Assembly: GCA_963783575.1 (NCBI GenBank)
Contig: CAWAOD010000014.1
Location: forward strand, 96,001 to 160,000
Origin: an uncultured Spirochaetota bacterium
GTDB lineage: Bacteria > Spirochaetota > Brevinematia > Brevinematales > JAOACQ01
Direction of reading: 5' to 3'
Length of the DNA stretch: 64,000 bases
Shown in pieces: positions 11,151 to 21,357 of this stretch (positions within the stretch are counted from its first letter, which is position 1; each line of letters begins with the position of its first letter). The position numbers and the translations under genes were made by a program. The notes beneath the pieces are model-generated. The model saw nothing but the letters and a program-made list of their open reading frames with translations, ran no database searches and was not told the origin of the DNA.

Positions 11151-13061
11151 ATGTTGAAAATTTTTAAAAAACTTCCCATTCTTTTAGTACCAATAATCTT
11201 ATTATCGGTTGCTCTTAATTTTATCTTTTTATCCCGGGAAGGATTGGGTAATCTGTATTACGCTGCGGCAATTAAGAGTATGCTGACAAGTTTTAAGAAT
11301 TTTTTCTTTGTTTCCTTTGATCCGGCGGGATTTGTCTCTGTAGATAAACCTCCTTTGGGGCTTTGGATTCAGGCATTATTTGCTTTATTGTTCAGATTGA
11401 GAGGCATTTCTCTCATATTGCCCCAGGCTATTGCGGGAGTTTTATCTGTATTTTTCCTGTATGTTTTAATAAATGATATTTTTGATGAAAGAGCAGGTTT
11501 AATTTCAGCTTTTGTTTTAGCAATAACACCGATTTTTGTCGCATTAAGCAGGAATAACACAATGGATATGCAGGTAGTCCTCATTATTATTCTTGCAACG
11601 CTCGCCTTTTTTCAGGCGATTCAAAAAAAATCGTTTAAATATCTTCTATTCACTTTTATTTTAATCGGTTTAGGATTTAATATAAAAATGCTTTTGGCTT
11701 TTATAATCCTGCCGGCTGTCGGTATAGTATGGTTATTAAACCGGCATATTCCCATAAAAAAAAGATTAATGCAAATTACCACTGCAGGATTAGTTCTCCT
11801 GGTTGTTTCTTTAAGCTGGATTTCAATTGTGGAGCTTTACCCCAAAGAAAACAGGCCGTATATCGGTTCCACAGAAAATAACTCCGCATTTGAGCTTGCT
11901 TTCTCCTACAACGGACTCTTAAGAATAGCATCACCCTTTTATAATTATAAAAAACAGTTTCCTTCATCTTCTTTTTATTCTTTTGCACCCGGCGGAGTTC
12001 CTTTAGAATTGGGTGAAACCGGTGCACCCGGTATTCTAAGGCTTTTTAATAAAGAGTTAGCTGGGCAGATAAGCTGGTTTTTCCCGATTATTTTTATAGG
12101 ATTATTTCTTTTATTCATGGATATTAATAACAAATCCGGTGCTGATATAAAAAAACTTTCAATTCTATATTGGTTTTTATGGCTGATTCCCTATTCTTTT
12201 TATCTTAGCTTTACAACAGGAATTTTTCATCGCTATTATGTAGCAGCTTTAGCTCCTCCAATAGCAGCTCTTTGTGGTGTAATTTCAACGTGGCTTTGGG
12301 ATTTATACTCCAGTAATGAGGAATCCGGATTTTTATTTCCGGCCGCTATTTTTCTTACCGGACTTCTTCAATTTTATATTATTAACAATGAAAATTATGG
12401 CATCCCAAAATATTCCGGATTTATAATTTTGATAATTGTTTCCGTAATTTCGACTCTTTTGATTTTAAAAAAATTATCGGTCAGACTTATAAATAAATTA
12501 CCGGATAGGTTTTTATATATACCTGTTATACTTGTTCTTTGTGCTGCGCCTTTTTACTGGGCCTGTACCCCTCTGGTTTACGGCGGAAATTTTGTCCTGC
12601 CCTATGCCTCCCCGGAATTATCAAATGATATAGCAAAAGGCGCCAATTTTATAAAAAATGATCAAATCCGGGCATATTGGATTAAGCCGTTGTATGATTT
12701 TCTTGCAAAAAATAGAAATAACGAAAAGTATCTCGCTGCGGTTCCCAGTGTTTACGCTTATGCAGTGCTATTGATTTTATTCAATGAAAATAAAAATATT
12801 CCTGTAATGGCAGTTGGCGGTTTTGCGGGCAAAGACCCGGTAATAAATCTGGAAGAGTTAAAAAAATACATCAAGGATGGAGATATACGCTTTTTCCTGG
12901 TTCCCTCTTTTCTCGAACACTCGAAGGAAAAAGGAAACATGCAATTATACCAATGGGTAATTGAGCATGGAAAATTAGTGGATAAGAAGTTGTGGAATGA
13001 TTACTATATACCCAATCTCTTTATTCCTGATTCATTGGACCTATATGATTTAAAAATATAA
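11151..13061 (+). CDS. ArnT/PMT_2-family membrane glycosyltransferase (YkcB-like)
   Basis: YYAAA, VDKPPLGLWIQA, SRNNTMD, GFNIKML, RPYIGST, FHRYY; many TM segments. Confidence 0.9.
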   Translation: MLKIFKKLPILLVPIILLSVALNFIFLSREGLGNLYYAAAIKSMLTSFKNFFFVSFDPAGFVSVDKPPLGLWIQALFALLFRLRGISLILPQAIAGVLSVFFLYVLINDIFDERAGLISAFVLAITPIFVALSRNNTMDMQVVLIIILATLAFFQAIQKKSFKYLLFTFILIGLGFNIKMLLAFIILPAVGIVWLLNRHIPIKKRLMQITTAGLVLLVVSLSWISIVELYPKENRPYIGSTENNSAFELAFSYNGLLRIASPFYNYKKQFPSSSFYSFAPGGVPLELGETGAPGILRLFNKELAGQISWFFPIIFIGLFLLFMDINNKSGADIKKLSILYWFLWLIPYSFYLSFTTGIFHRYYVAALAPPIAALCGVISTWLWDLYSSNEESGFLFPAAIFLTGLLQFYIINNENYGIPKYSGFIILIIVSVISTLLILKKLSVRLINKLPDRFLYIPVILVLCAAPFYWACTPLVYGGNFVLPYASPELSNDIAKGANFIKNDQIRAYWIKPLYDFLAKNRNNEKYLAAVPSVYAYAVLLILFNENKNIPVMAVGGFAGKDPVINLEELKKYIKDGDIRFFLVPSFLEHSKEKGNMQLYQWVIEHGKLVDKKLWNDYYIPNLFIPDSLDLYDLKI

Positions 13062-13146
13062 CCTGCTATTTTTTTACATTGAATAAGCCGTTATGTGAGA
13101 AGCTATTCGGAAGGCAGGATTTGAGCAGATCGAAAAATGTTGAAAA

Positions 13147-13160
13147 TGTAATCGATTACA
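13147..13160. promoter_or_regulatory. LacI-family operator-like perfect palindrome
   Basis: TGTAATCGATTACA. Confidence 0.4.
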
Positions 13161-13300
13161 CTAGAAACATATCGCCCGCATAGGAATCTGATCCAAACAT
13201 TATATGGAACCCGAAACTGTTGCTCTGTTTTAAAGAAGCATGCAAAGGAGAATCAAACAATACCAATGTTCTATGTTAATAATTTTGTAAGGGTAAAAAA

Positions 13301-13370
13301 ATGGAAGTTATTTACAGGAACTATTGCGGACTTGATTTACATAAGGGAAATATATCAGCCTGTCATAGAG
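13301..13370 (+). pseudogene. IS110-family transposase N-terminal remnant
   Basis: Manual translation MEVIYRNYCGLDLHKGNISAC matches the GLDxHK first catalytic motif; similarity stops there. Confidence 0.6.
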
Positions 13371-13502
13371 AAATTGACGCTAAGTGCTGGAGGAATCGAT
13401 ATATTTACCGAAAAAAACGGTTTGATATGTTAATAGTTGTCATATATTAAAGTCTAAAAAATGATTTTAATAATAATGTATAGGTAATCTGGAGGCAATA
13501 TA

Positions 13503-15050
13503 ATGTTAAGGTTATTGAGTATGTATTGGATAATTTTAATTATATTTTTTTACTTTACGGTTCCTGTTTTTGCAGATGAAAACACAGATTATTACCCCGG
13601 CGATACATGGCGTACATCAACACCGGAAGCGCAGGGTATTGATTCGAAGTACCTGGCCGAGATGATGGATAACATACAGTCGAATAATTTAAATTTCCAC
13701 AGTATCATAATTATCCGTCATGGATATATTGTTATGGAAGCTTACGCGGAACCTTTCGATAAGGATGTTATCCATGTCCTTAAATCATGCACTAAAAGCG
13801 TCGTGTCAGCTTTGACCGGTATCGCTTTAAGAGAAGGCTATATTAAAAGCCTGGATCAAAAAGTCATGGATATATTTTCCGGTCAGAATATAAAAAATAT
13901 GGATGATAATAAACGGCTGATAACAATTAAACACCTGCTGACAATGAGTTCGGGAATCACCCAGCAAGATGTAAATTCGAGTAGTTATTTAGGATCAACC
14001 AACTGGAGCCAATATTATCTCGACCAGCCGATGGTGGCAAAACCTGGAGAATTATTTGCTTATGATAACGCAGGGGTTAATCTGTTTATGTCAATTTTAC
14101 ATAAAACAAGCGGCATGAAAAATTCGGATTTTGCCGATAAATTTCTCTTCAAACCGCTTGGAATTACCAATTACTTCTGGTCGGCTGATCCGCAGGGAGA
14201 TTATATCGGAGCAGGGGGATTGGCTATGACACCTATAGATATGGCCAGGTTCGGCTATCTCTATTTGAAGAAAGGAAATTGGAAAGGGAAGCAGATAATA
14301 CCGGCCGATTGGGTTGAAACATCCATGTCAAGCCATATCAAACCATCGAAGTGGATATCATCCATAGAGCCGAATTGGATATCGGATAAAGGATACGGTT
14401 TCCTATGGTGGGAGCTGCAGTTTGGCGGTTTTACGGCAGTCGGCTATGGAGGGCAGTATATAATGGTCATTCCTGAAAAGGACATGGTAGTTGTAGTTAC
14501 CTCAGGTTTTTCCCTTCAAGATGCAGGAACGCCATTAATTTTTTTAGCTGAAAAATTCACAAACGAATCCTACGTTTCCAGAAGCAGTCTTCCGGAAAAC
14601 CCGGCAAAACAAGCTAAGCTTGCAGCAGCCATCTGGAATTTTGATAATCCAACAAATGATACAAATATTACTATTCCTGAAATGGCGAAAAATATTTCCG
14701 GTAAAAAATATATCATATATCAGAATCCACAGAATCTAAAATCCGTTATCTTAAGCTTTAATGGAAACAGTGAAAGCATTTGCGAAATCAATTGGCCCGA
14801 TAATTTAAAAATATCGGTAGGATTAGATGGGAAATATCGGGAAAATAATCCTTACAATGATTTACATAAACGGTTATTTACACGTGGAAAATGGATAAAT
14901 AAAAACACTTTTGTTTTAGAAAATTATACTCCATGGGTTGACAGTAGTAAAATTCAATATATACTTCAATATAAAGATGATAAACTTAAAATAACAGCAG
15001 AATCAACTATTGGAGAATGGGTATGGGAATTTACAGGTAAGATAGAATAA
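13503..15050 (+). CDS. Secreted serine hydrolase, beta-lactamase class C/NylB-like
   Basis: Signal peptide, SCTK (SxxK), YDN, HLLTMSSG, AVGYGGQ. Confidence 0.9.
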   Translation: MLRLLSMYWIILIIFFYFTVPVFADENTDYYPGDTWRTSTPEAQGIDSKYLAEMMDNIQSNNLNFHSIIIIRHGYIVMEAYAEPFDKDVIHVLKSCTKSVVSALTGIALREGYIKSLDQKVMDIFSGQNIKNMDDNKRLITIKHLLTMSSGITQQDVNSSSYLGSTNWSQYYLDQPMVAKPGELFAYDNAGVNLFMSILHKTSGMKNSDFADKFLFKPLGITNYFWSADPQGDYIGAGGLAMTPIDMARFGYLYLKKGNWKGKQIIPADWVETSMSSHIKPSKWISSIEPNWISDKGYGFLWWELQFGGFTAVGYGGQYIMVIPEKDMVVVVTSGFSLQDAGTPLIFLAEKFTNESYVSRSSLPENPAKQAKLAAAIWNFDNPTNDTNITIPEMAKNISGKKYIIYQNPQNLKSVILSFNGNSESICEINWPDNLKISVGLDGKYRENNPYNDLHKRLFTRGKWINKNTFVLENYTPWVDSSKIQYILQYKDDKLKITAESTIGEWVWEFTGKIE

Positions 15051-15105
15051 TAACTGTCAAATGTGAATTCAAAACAGCCTTAAATATTTCAAATAGGAGG
15101 ATTAT

Positions 15106-16923
15106 ATGTCTAAAGCCATTGGTTTCGGTAAGGTTCAACCGGTAAACAGGTTGAATGGTTCAATGCCCAGGATAGGAATCAGACCGGTTATTGACGGGCG
15201 CAGAAAAGGTGTGAGAGAATCACTGGAAAAACAAACTCTTTATATGGCTAAAAGAGTAGCAAAAGTACTGGAAGAGGAATTAAGACATTCAAACGGTCTA
15301 CCTGTGGAATGTGTGATTACGGATATTATAGGCGGGGGAGCAGAAGCAGCTAGGGCAGCGGAACTATTCGCAAGAGAGAGAGTTGGTGTATCTATTTCAG
15401 TTACTCCCTGCTGGTGTTATGGAACTGAAACGATCGACATGGATCCTTTCCTGCCGAAAGCAATATGGGGCTTTAACGGTACTGAAAGACCCGGCGCAGT
15501 TTATCTGGCTGCGGCTTTAGCCGGCCATGACCAGAAAGGGCTTCCGGCTTTCGGAATATATGGGAGAGATGTACAGGATGCCGGAGACAATAAAATACCG
15601 GACGATGTAAAAGAAAAATTGCTGAAATTCACTAAAGCGGCGCTGGCTGTTGCTACAATCCGGGGCAAATCCTATCTTTCCATGGGAAGCGTGTCCATGG
15701 GGATTACCGGTTCGACGGTGAACCCGGATTTTTTCCAGGATTATCTTGGAATGCGTAACGAATATATCGATATGTCGGAATTCATCCGCAGGATTGATGA
15801 AGGAATTTTTGATAAAGAGGAATTTGAAAAAGCAATACAATGGGTCAAAAAATACTGCAAGGAAGGCAAAGATTTAAATCCAAAAGAAATCCAAACATCA
15901 AGAAAGAAAAAGGACCAGGATTGGGAAACGGTTGTAAAAATGAGTATGATCGCCAGGGACTTGATGACAGGGAATAAAAAATTAGCTGAACTCGGGTTCG
16001 GTGAAGAAGCTGAAGGGCATAATGCCATAATTTCCGGTTTCCAGGGTCAGCGTCAATGGACAGACCATTTTCCGAATGGCGATTTTATGGAGGCTATTCT
16101 CAATTCGTCATTCGATTGGAACGGAATAAGGGAGCCTTATCTTATTGCGACTGAAAATGATAGTCTTAATGGAATCGCAATGCTGTTCGGACACTTAATC
16201 TCAAAGTCTGCATCGATTTTTGCAGATGTAAGGACTTTCTGGAGCCCTGAATCGGTAAAAAGGGTCACCGGTAAGGCTTTAACCGGAAAAGCTGCAAATG
16301 GATTAATCCATTTGATTAATTCCGGCTCCGCGGCACTCGATGGAACGGGTGAACAGAAAGAAAACGGGAAATCCGTGATGAAGCCATTCTGGCATATCTC
16401 TCCCGATGAGGCAGAAAAATGCCTGAATGCTACAACCTGGATGCCTGCAGATGTCGGTTACTTCAGAGGTGGTGGTTTTTCATCCTGCTTTATCACAAAA
16501 TCAGAAATGCCCGTCACTATGATTCGAGTAAATTTAATCAAAGGTCTTGGCCCTGTATTTCAGATCGCTGAAGGCTATACAATTAATTTACCCAATGATA
16601 TTCATAGTATTTTGGATAAAAGAACCAATCCAACCTGGCCTACAACTTGGTTTGCACCAAATTTAACCGGAACGGGAGCTTTTAAAGACGTTTATTCCGT
16701 TATGAATTCCTGGGGAGCGAACCATGGAGCCATTAATTTTGGACATGTCGGCGGGGAATTGATAGCACTTGCTTCAATGCTTCGAATCCCTGTTTCCATG
16801 CATAATGTTCCCGAAGAAAATATTTTCCGTCCAAAAGCCTGGATGGCATTTGGAACAGCAGATCTGGAAAGCGCCGATTTCAGGTCCTGTAAGAATTTTG
16901 GGCCTCTGTACGGCCTTAAATAA
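15106..16923 (+). CDS. fucI: L-fucose/D-arabinose isomerase
   Basis: [52 protein letters not shown]; 605 aa. Confidence 0.97.
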   Translation: MSKAIGFGKVQPVNRLNGSMPRIGIRPVIDGRRKGVRESLEKQTLYMAKRVAKVLEEELRHSNGLPVECVITDIIGGGAEAARAAELFARERVGVSISVTPCWCYGTETIDMDPFLPKAIWGFNGTERPGAVYLAAALAGHDQKGLPAFGIYGRDVQDAGDNKIPDDVKEKLLKFTKAALAVATIRGKSYLSMGSVSMGITGSTVNPDFFQDYLGMRNEYIDMSEFIRRIDEGIFDKEEFEKAIQWVKKYCKEGKDLNPKEIQTSRKKKDQDWETVVKMSMIARDLMTGNKKLAELGFGEEAEGHNAIISGFQGQRQWTDHFPNGDFMEAILNSSFDWNGIREPYLIATENDSLNGIAMLFGHLISKSASIFADVRTFWSPESVKRVTGKALTGKAANGLIHLINSGSAALDGTGEQKENGKSVMKPFWHISPDEAEKCLNATTWMPADVGYFRGGGFSSCFITKSEMPVTMIRVNLIKGLGPVFQIAEGYTINLPNDIHSILDKRTNPTWPTTWFAPNLTGTGAFKDVYSVMNSWGANHGAINFGHVGGELIALASMLRIPVSMHNVPEENIFRPKAWMAFGTADLESADFRSCKNFGPLYGLK

Positions 16924-17264
16924 ATGATAGTGTATTAATATGACAAATATGCTTGCATGATTTTGGGTGGCCAGCGGAAGAGCGATTTTAAGGAGTCTTG
17001 AGAAGGAAAAGCTAAAATTCAGGAAGTACACAGTTTCCCACACAATATTTTTATATATCAACGCAAGTAACATTATTTTCAATATATATTTTCATGATTA
17101 TTGATATTGGGCAAATGTTAATCTTATTAATACCAGTATTGCCATTTATAAATTTGAAGTTTCTTCACCAATATAGTCTGAAAACGATTTAAACTTTACT
17201 TCAAATTATCACAATTTATCTGACAAAGAATAATATTTCAAGAATTATTAGTTATTTTAATAAA

Positions 17265-17306
17265 ATCCACCAATTGGTGGATATGAAAATCCACCACATA
17301 GTAGAT
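17265..17306. promoter_or_regulatory. Tandem 18-bp operator boxes upstream of the barrel operon
   Basis: Perfect palindrome ATCCACCAATTGGTGGAT (17265-17282) and ATCCACCACATAGTAGAT 24 bp downstream. Confidence 0.6.
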
Positions 17307-17362
17307 GAAAAAGTAAATCATACTCAATAAACTTTATGTGAAAAGAAAAAGGAAAATTATTT

Positions 17363-18669
17363 ATGAAACAACAGCTTAATGTATTTTGTATTTTGTTCTT
17401 TTTTTTATAATCTCTCCAGGTTATTCATAGGAAGATAAAATTTCAATAAAACGGGTAAAAATCCAGATTGATGATATCAGTTATTCCTGGGAAAATGAAA
17501 TCCCTGAAAAAGATCCGCAGGGATTAACAGAACCCGCAACTGTCGTTTCATATTTATCCTTTAAACCGGGTAGTGTATTTTCTCTATCGGAATTGTCAAA
17601 TGAAGTCCGTTTATCTCAGAAAAGACTCATAGATTCGGATTTTTTCTATGATGCAAAGGTTTTGATAATTCCGCCAAAATCGGTGAGTAATACAAGAACA
17701 ATTTCTGTGATAATACAGGAAGGATTTCGTTACCGTTTCGGCGGAGATAAAGCTTATGGTTCTTTCGGGATGGATAATCTTTACGGGCAGAAAAAATCAT
17801 ACAGGATTCAAGCCGGTATTAATCTTTTTTCTGTTTCATACCTTGACGACCTAGCAAGATATCCTGTTTCATTAACATGGCTTCCGTCATTTTGGGGTTT
17901 AAATGCGGCATATATGAATTCAACTATGGACGAGGATAAGATAGCCGATTATAATACATTTTCCTTGAAATTTGACGCTGGTTATGCAATAAATCCTGAT
18001 CAGCAGGCAGGTATAACTGCAGAAGGAAGACTATCGTTTATCAGCGGATTAACACAGGCGGATAATGGAATAGTACCGTCATCCATTAATAAAGATCTTG
18101 TCATTTCTGCTTTTTATAATTCAATATTTAATTATTACCCGGCACCGGCCGATGTTACTCTCTTCTTCAAACCGTCAGCAGGTATGCTCTTTGAAATTGG
18201 AGGAAATTCAAATATTCCACTTTTAACCTGCAATTCCGGAATAAAAACGGATTTTTTCAGACAATCGATCGATTTTCAGGCTTCTGCAGGTTATGCGTTT
18301 AATGAATTACCGATTTTATCAAGATTTGACCTTTTTCAAACCCCGGACCTCTCGGTACGCGCAGGGTATAGGCATTTCGACCTTCTTGCTGACCGGTTTG
18401 TTCTTTTCAATCTGGAATACCGCTTTCCCGTTACAGAGTTTTTCCTCCCTCCGTTCCTTAATATTAAACTGAAAGGTTTCCTTTATTCAGATCAGGCCTT
18501 TTTGGGGAATTATCATGAAGCGTCGGTATTTCCTCACTTTTTTGACGGTTATGGAGCAGGATTGAGATTGATTTTCGATAATCCCATTTTTGCCTATTTT
18601 TCATTTTCTTATGGAATAAGTCATTAGGGGTTTACCCGGTTTGTATTTACCGGTACTGCCGGTTATTAA
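17363..18669 (+). CDS. Omp85/TamA-like outer-membrane beta-barrel with POTRA-like N-terminus; T8 frameshift (17399-17406) and in-frame TAGs (17428, 18625)
   Basis: Signal peptide recoverable across the T run; POTRA-like FKPGSVFS..RLIDSDFF; VRAGY, NLEYRFP, GYGAGLRL; C-terminal strand FTRFVFTGTAGY after the second TAG. Confidence 0.65.
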
Positions 18670-18696
18670 ATAATTAAATTTAAGTGGAGGAAAATT

Positions 18697-19422
18697 ATGA
18701 AACGGTTGATGGTTCTTTTTATTTTTTTGTTTATTGGTTCAGGTACTGTTTATTCAGAGAATACACTTTTAAGAAAGGCTGAAGCTATAAATACTGAGGT
18801 TACAGCTAAGGCGCTGATAATTGAAATAAAGACTAATGGAGGAAAAGATAAGGAATTACTTCTCGGAATAATATACCACAATCTTGCACAGGCAAATCCG
18901 GGGAAATATCTTACCCTGGCTTTGACAAACCTTTTATCCGGCTACAATAAGACAACAAACGCACTAGCTTACGGATATTACGGCAGCGCATTGACACTTG
19001 AAGCCTCATTATACACCAAAAAAGGTAAAAAGAATGATTTCATAAAGGCATCTTCAGAGGTAATGGCAGGAAGCGATATTATTGACCAGATGGTAAAAAA
19101 AGAACCGGATAATATTGATCTCCGTTTTCTAAGGATCGGTAATATTATAGCTGTAGCGAAAGGTTCCCCTTTCAAGCGTTATGAAACCGCCAGGAAAGAT
19201 CTGGATTATCTTACAAATTTGATGACAAATACTGACAACTATACAAAATCCTGCCTCTATTTATGGTCGGGAGAGATATACATGGGTATGAATCAGGGAA
19301 AAAATGCAGCAGAAAACCTGACTGAAAAAGCAATCGGGGATTTTGAAAAGGCGGTGGATGCGGCCCCCGATTCTATGTCAGCAGCCAGAGCAAAAACTCA
19401 TCTGAAAGAACTGGAAGAATAG
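18697..19422 (+). CDS. Secreted TPR-like protein
   Basis: Signal peptide; helical repeats (AYGYYGSA, EPDNIDLRFLR, AIGDFEKAVDAAPDS). Confidence 0.7.
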   Translation: MKRLMVLFIFLFIGSGTVYSENTLLRKAEAINTEVTAKALIIEIKTNGGKDKELLLGIIYHNLAQANPGKYLTLALTNLLSGYNKTTNALAYGYYGSALTLEASLYTKKGKKNDFIKASSEVMAGSDIIDQMVKKEPDNIDLRFLRIGNIIAVAKGSPFKRYETARKDLDYLTNLMTNTDNYTKSCLYLWSGEIYMGMNQGKNAAENLTEKAIGDFEKAVDAAPDSMSAARAKTHLKELEE

Positions 19423-19430
19423 GGGTATAT

Positions 19431-20063
19431 ATGATTTTAGAAGCGTTATTTCTGGGTTTATCCACTGGCACTTACTGTGTTATGTATTGCGCACCTGTGG
19501 CCCTTCCATTCTTTGTTTCCGAAGAAATGAACCGGCAAAAGAATGCTGTTTATGTACTTCTCTTTATGGGGGGAAGGCTGGCCGGTTATATATTGACCGG
19601 AGCGATCCTGGGACTTGCCGGAGCATACGCATTGAAGTATATAGATCCTGAGCTTCAGCGGACACTTACTGCTTCCGGATTTTTTGTTGTCGGAATCCTC
19701 ATGCTTTTGTCAGGTCTAATCCATAACTTTCCCGGACTGAAAATCTGTTCGACTCTCCGGAAGATAAGCCGGCCGGGTAGAAACGCCATATTTCTAGGAT
19801 TCTTTACGGCGCTTAACCTCTGTCCGCCATTTTTTGCCGCAGCTTCCAGGGTTTTTGGCGCAAACAACGGAGTTTTACAGGGTATGGAATATTTTTTATT
19901 TTTTTATACGGGCACTTCAATATTTCTACTCCCGCTTTTCGGCGTCCATCTGTTCCAAAAAAAAATAGAGGCCGTGCGGACAGTTTCAAGAATGATACTC
20001 CTCCTTCTGGGGGGATATTTTACATTGATCCTGGGACTGTTTGAGATTTTGAGAATAAAATAA
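19431..20063 (+). CDS. DsbD_2 / TauE-SafE-like membrane protein
   Basis: GTYCVMYC, GRLAGY..GAILG, LNLCPP; about 6 TM segments. Confidence 0.75.
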   Translation: MILEALFLGLSTGTYCVMYCAPVALPFFVSEEMNRQKNAVYVLLFMGGRLAGYILTGAILGLAGAYALKYIDPELQRTLTASGFFVVGILMLLSGLIHNFPGLKICSTLRKISRPGRNAIFLGFFTALNLCPPFFAAASRVFGANNGVLQGMEYFLFFYTGTSIFLLPLFGVHLFQKKIEAVRTVSRMILLLLGGYFTLILGLFEILRIK

Positions 20064-20076
20064 ACAGGAAGTATTT

Positions 20077-21357
20077 ATGATAGAAATAGTAAAACGATTC
20101 GGATTTAAGGTTTCATTGACTGTGACGGCGATTCTCTGCCTGATTATGGCGAATTTTCTTCATTTTTTAGTAGTATCCACAGCAACGGGTTTAAAGGAAA
20201 CGGCCTCCTGGATATTCTTTATTTATTTTCTCCTAATTTATTTTATGATGCTTTATACCGGAAGGACCGCTTTTTTCAGACAGGTCATGTTTGTTTCTAC
20301 AGCGATGCTTTTGGTACCGTCATTCGTAGCAATTTTATATGAAACACGCGGAAGTATGGCTGTCAATTATCAGGCGGTTTTAACAAATAGTAACCCGCTT
20401 TGCCATATTGTTATCCCATTTTTAATCCTACCGTATATTCTTATTAAATCCGTGATATATTCAGCCAGACCGGTCGGCGGATATGTATCAATTTACTCTA
20501 TGCTTTTGATCTGGCTTCTTTCCACATTGTTCCTGGGTAGAGGATGGTGCAGCTGGGCATGCTTTTACGGGGGCTGGGACGATCTGTTTTCAAGGCTGAA
20601 TAAAAAAGCCTTATTAAAGATCAACTGGGAAATTCCTAAAATTAAATATTTCAGCTTTGCCATGCTTGGTTTTACAGTGCTGGCTTCACTAATAACATTA
20701 ACGAGTGTATACTGTACTTGGCTATGCCCCTTCAAGCTTGTTACCGAATATGCGGCAATTGACGGGCTGAAAACATATTTAGCGGCGATAATGTTCATAT
20801 TAATTTTCTTTACTGTTGTAGCAGTGTTACCACTTCTAACACGTAAACGGGTTCAATGTACTGTATATTGTCCATTTGGAGCTTTTCAAAGCCTCTTGAA
20901 TTCCATCAGTCCTTACCGGATTAGTATAGATACCGAAAAATGCAGCCGTTGTATGCGCTGTGCTGAGATATGTCCCACATCATCCATAGCCAGAATAAAT
21001 ATTGAGGAAAAAACCGGTAAACCAGGCCTTACCTGTACAAAATGCGGCGAATGCGTGGACGCTTGCCCCAGTCAAGCAATATCATACAATTTTGGCGGCC
21101 GTTCCTGCTCTGAAAAAACAATATTTAAGATATGGATAGACAGGCTTTCTTCAAAACCAGAATGGGCAGGACATCTCAGCATTTTTGTACTGAAAACACT
21201 TGATGAGATTCTGTCGCCCAAAGTTTTATTCACTTTCACTGCTTTTCTTCTGGGAACAGTTCTTGGCTTCCGGTTTTGGTGTCGGGACAATAGAACGTTT
21301 ATTGAATCTTGTTCTGCATGGTTCATTTTTATTAAAATAAAAAGGAGAACTCTGTGA
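20077..21357 (+). CDS. Membrane polyferredoxin (NapH/MauN/RdxA-like 4Fe-4S binding); probable late frameshift with natural end ~21340
   Basis: GRGWCSWAC, YCTWLCP, CTVYCPFG and two CxxCxxCxxxCP motifs. Confidence 0.85.
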   Translation: MIEIVKRFGFKVSLTVTAILCLIMANFLHFLVVSTATGLKETASWIFFIYFLLIYFMMLYTGRTAFFRQVMFVSTAMLLVPSFVAILYETRGSMAVNYQAVLTNSNPLCHIVIPFLILPYILIKSVIYSARPVGGYVSIYSMLLIWLLSTLFLGRGWCSWACFYGGWDDLFSRLNKKALLKINWEIPKIKYFSFAMLGFTVLASLITLTSVYCTWLCPFKLVTEYAAIDGLKTYLAAIMFILIFFTVVAVLPLLTRKRVQCTVYCPFGAFQSLLNSISPYRISIDTEKCSRCMRCAEICPTSSIARINIEEKTGKPGLTCTKCGECVDACPSQAISYNFGGRSCSEKTIFKIWIDRLSSKPEWAGHLSIFVLKTLDEILSPKVLFTFTAFLLGTVLGFRFWCRDNRTFIESCSAWFIFIKIKRRTL

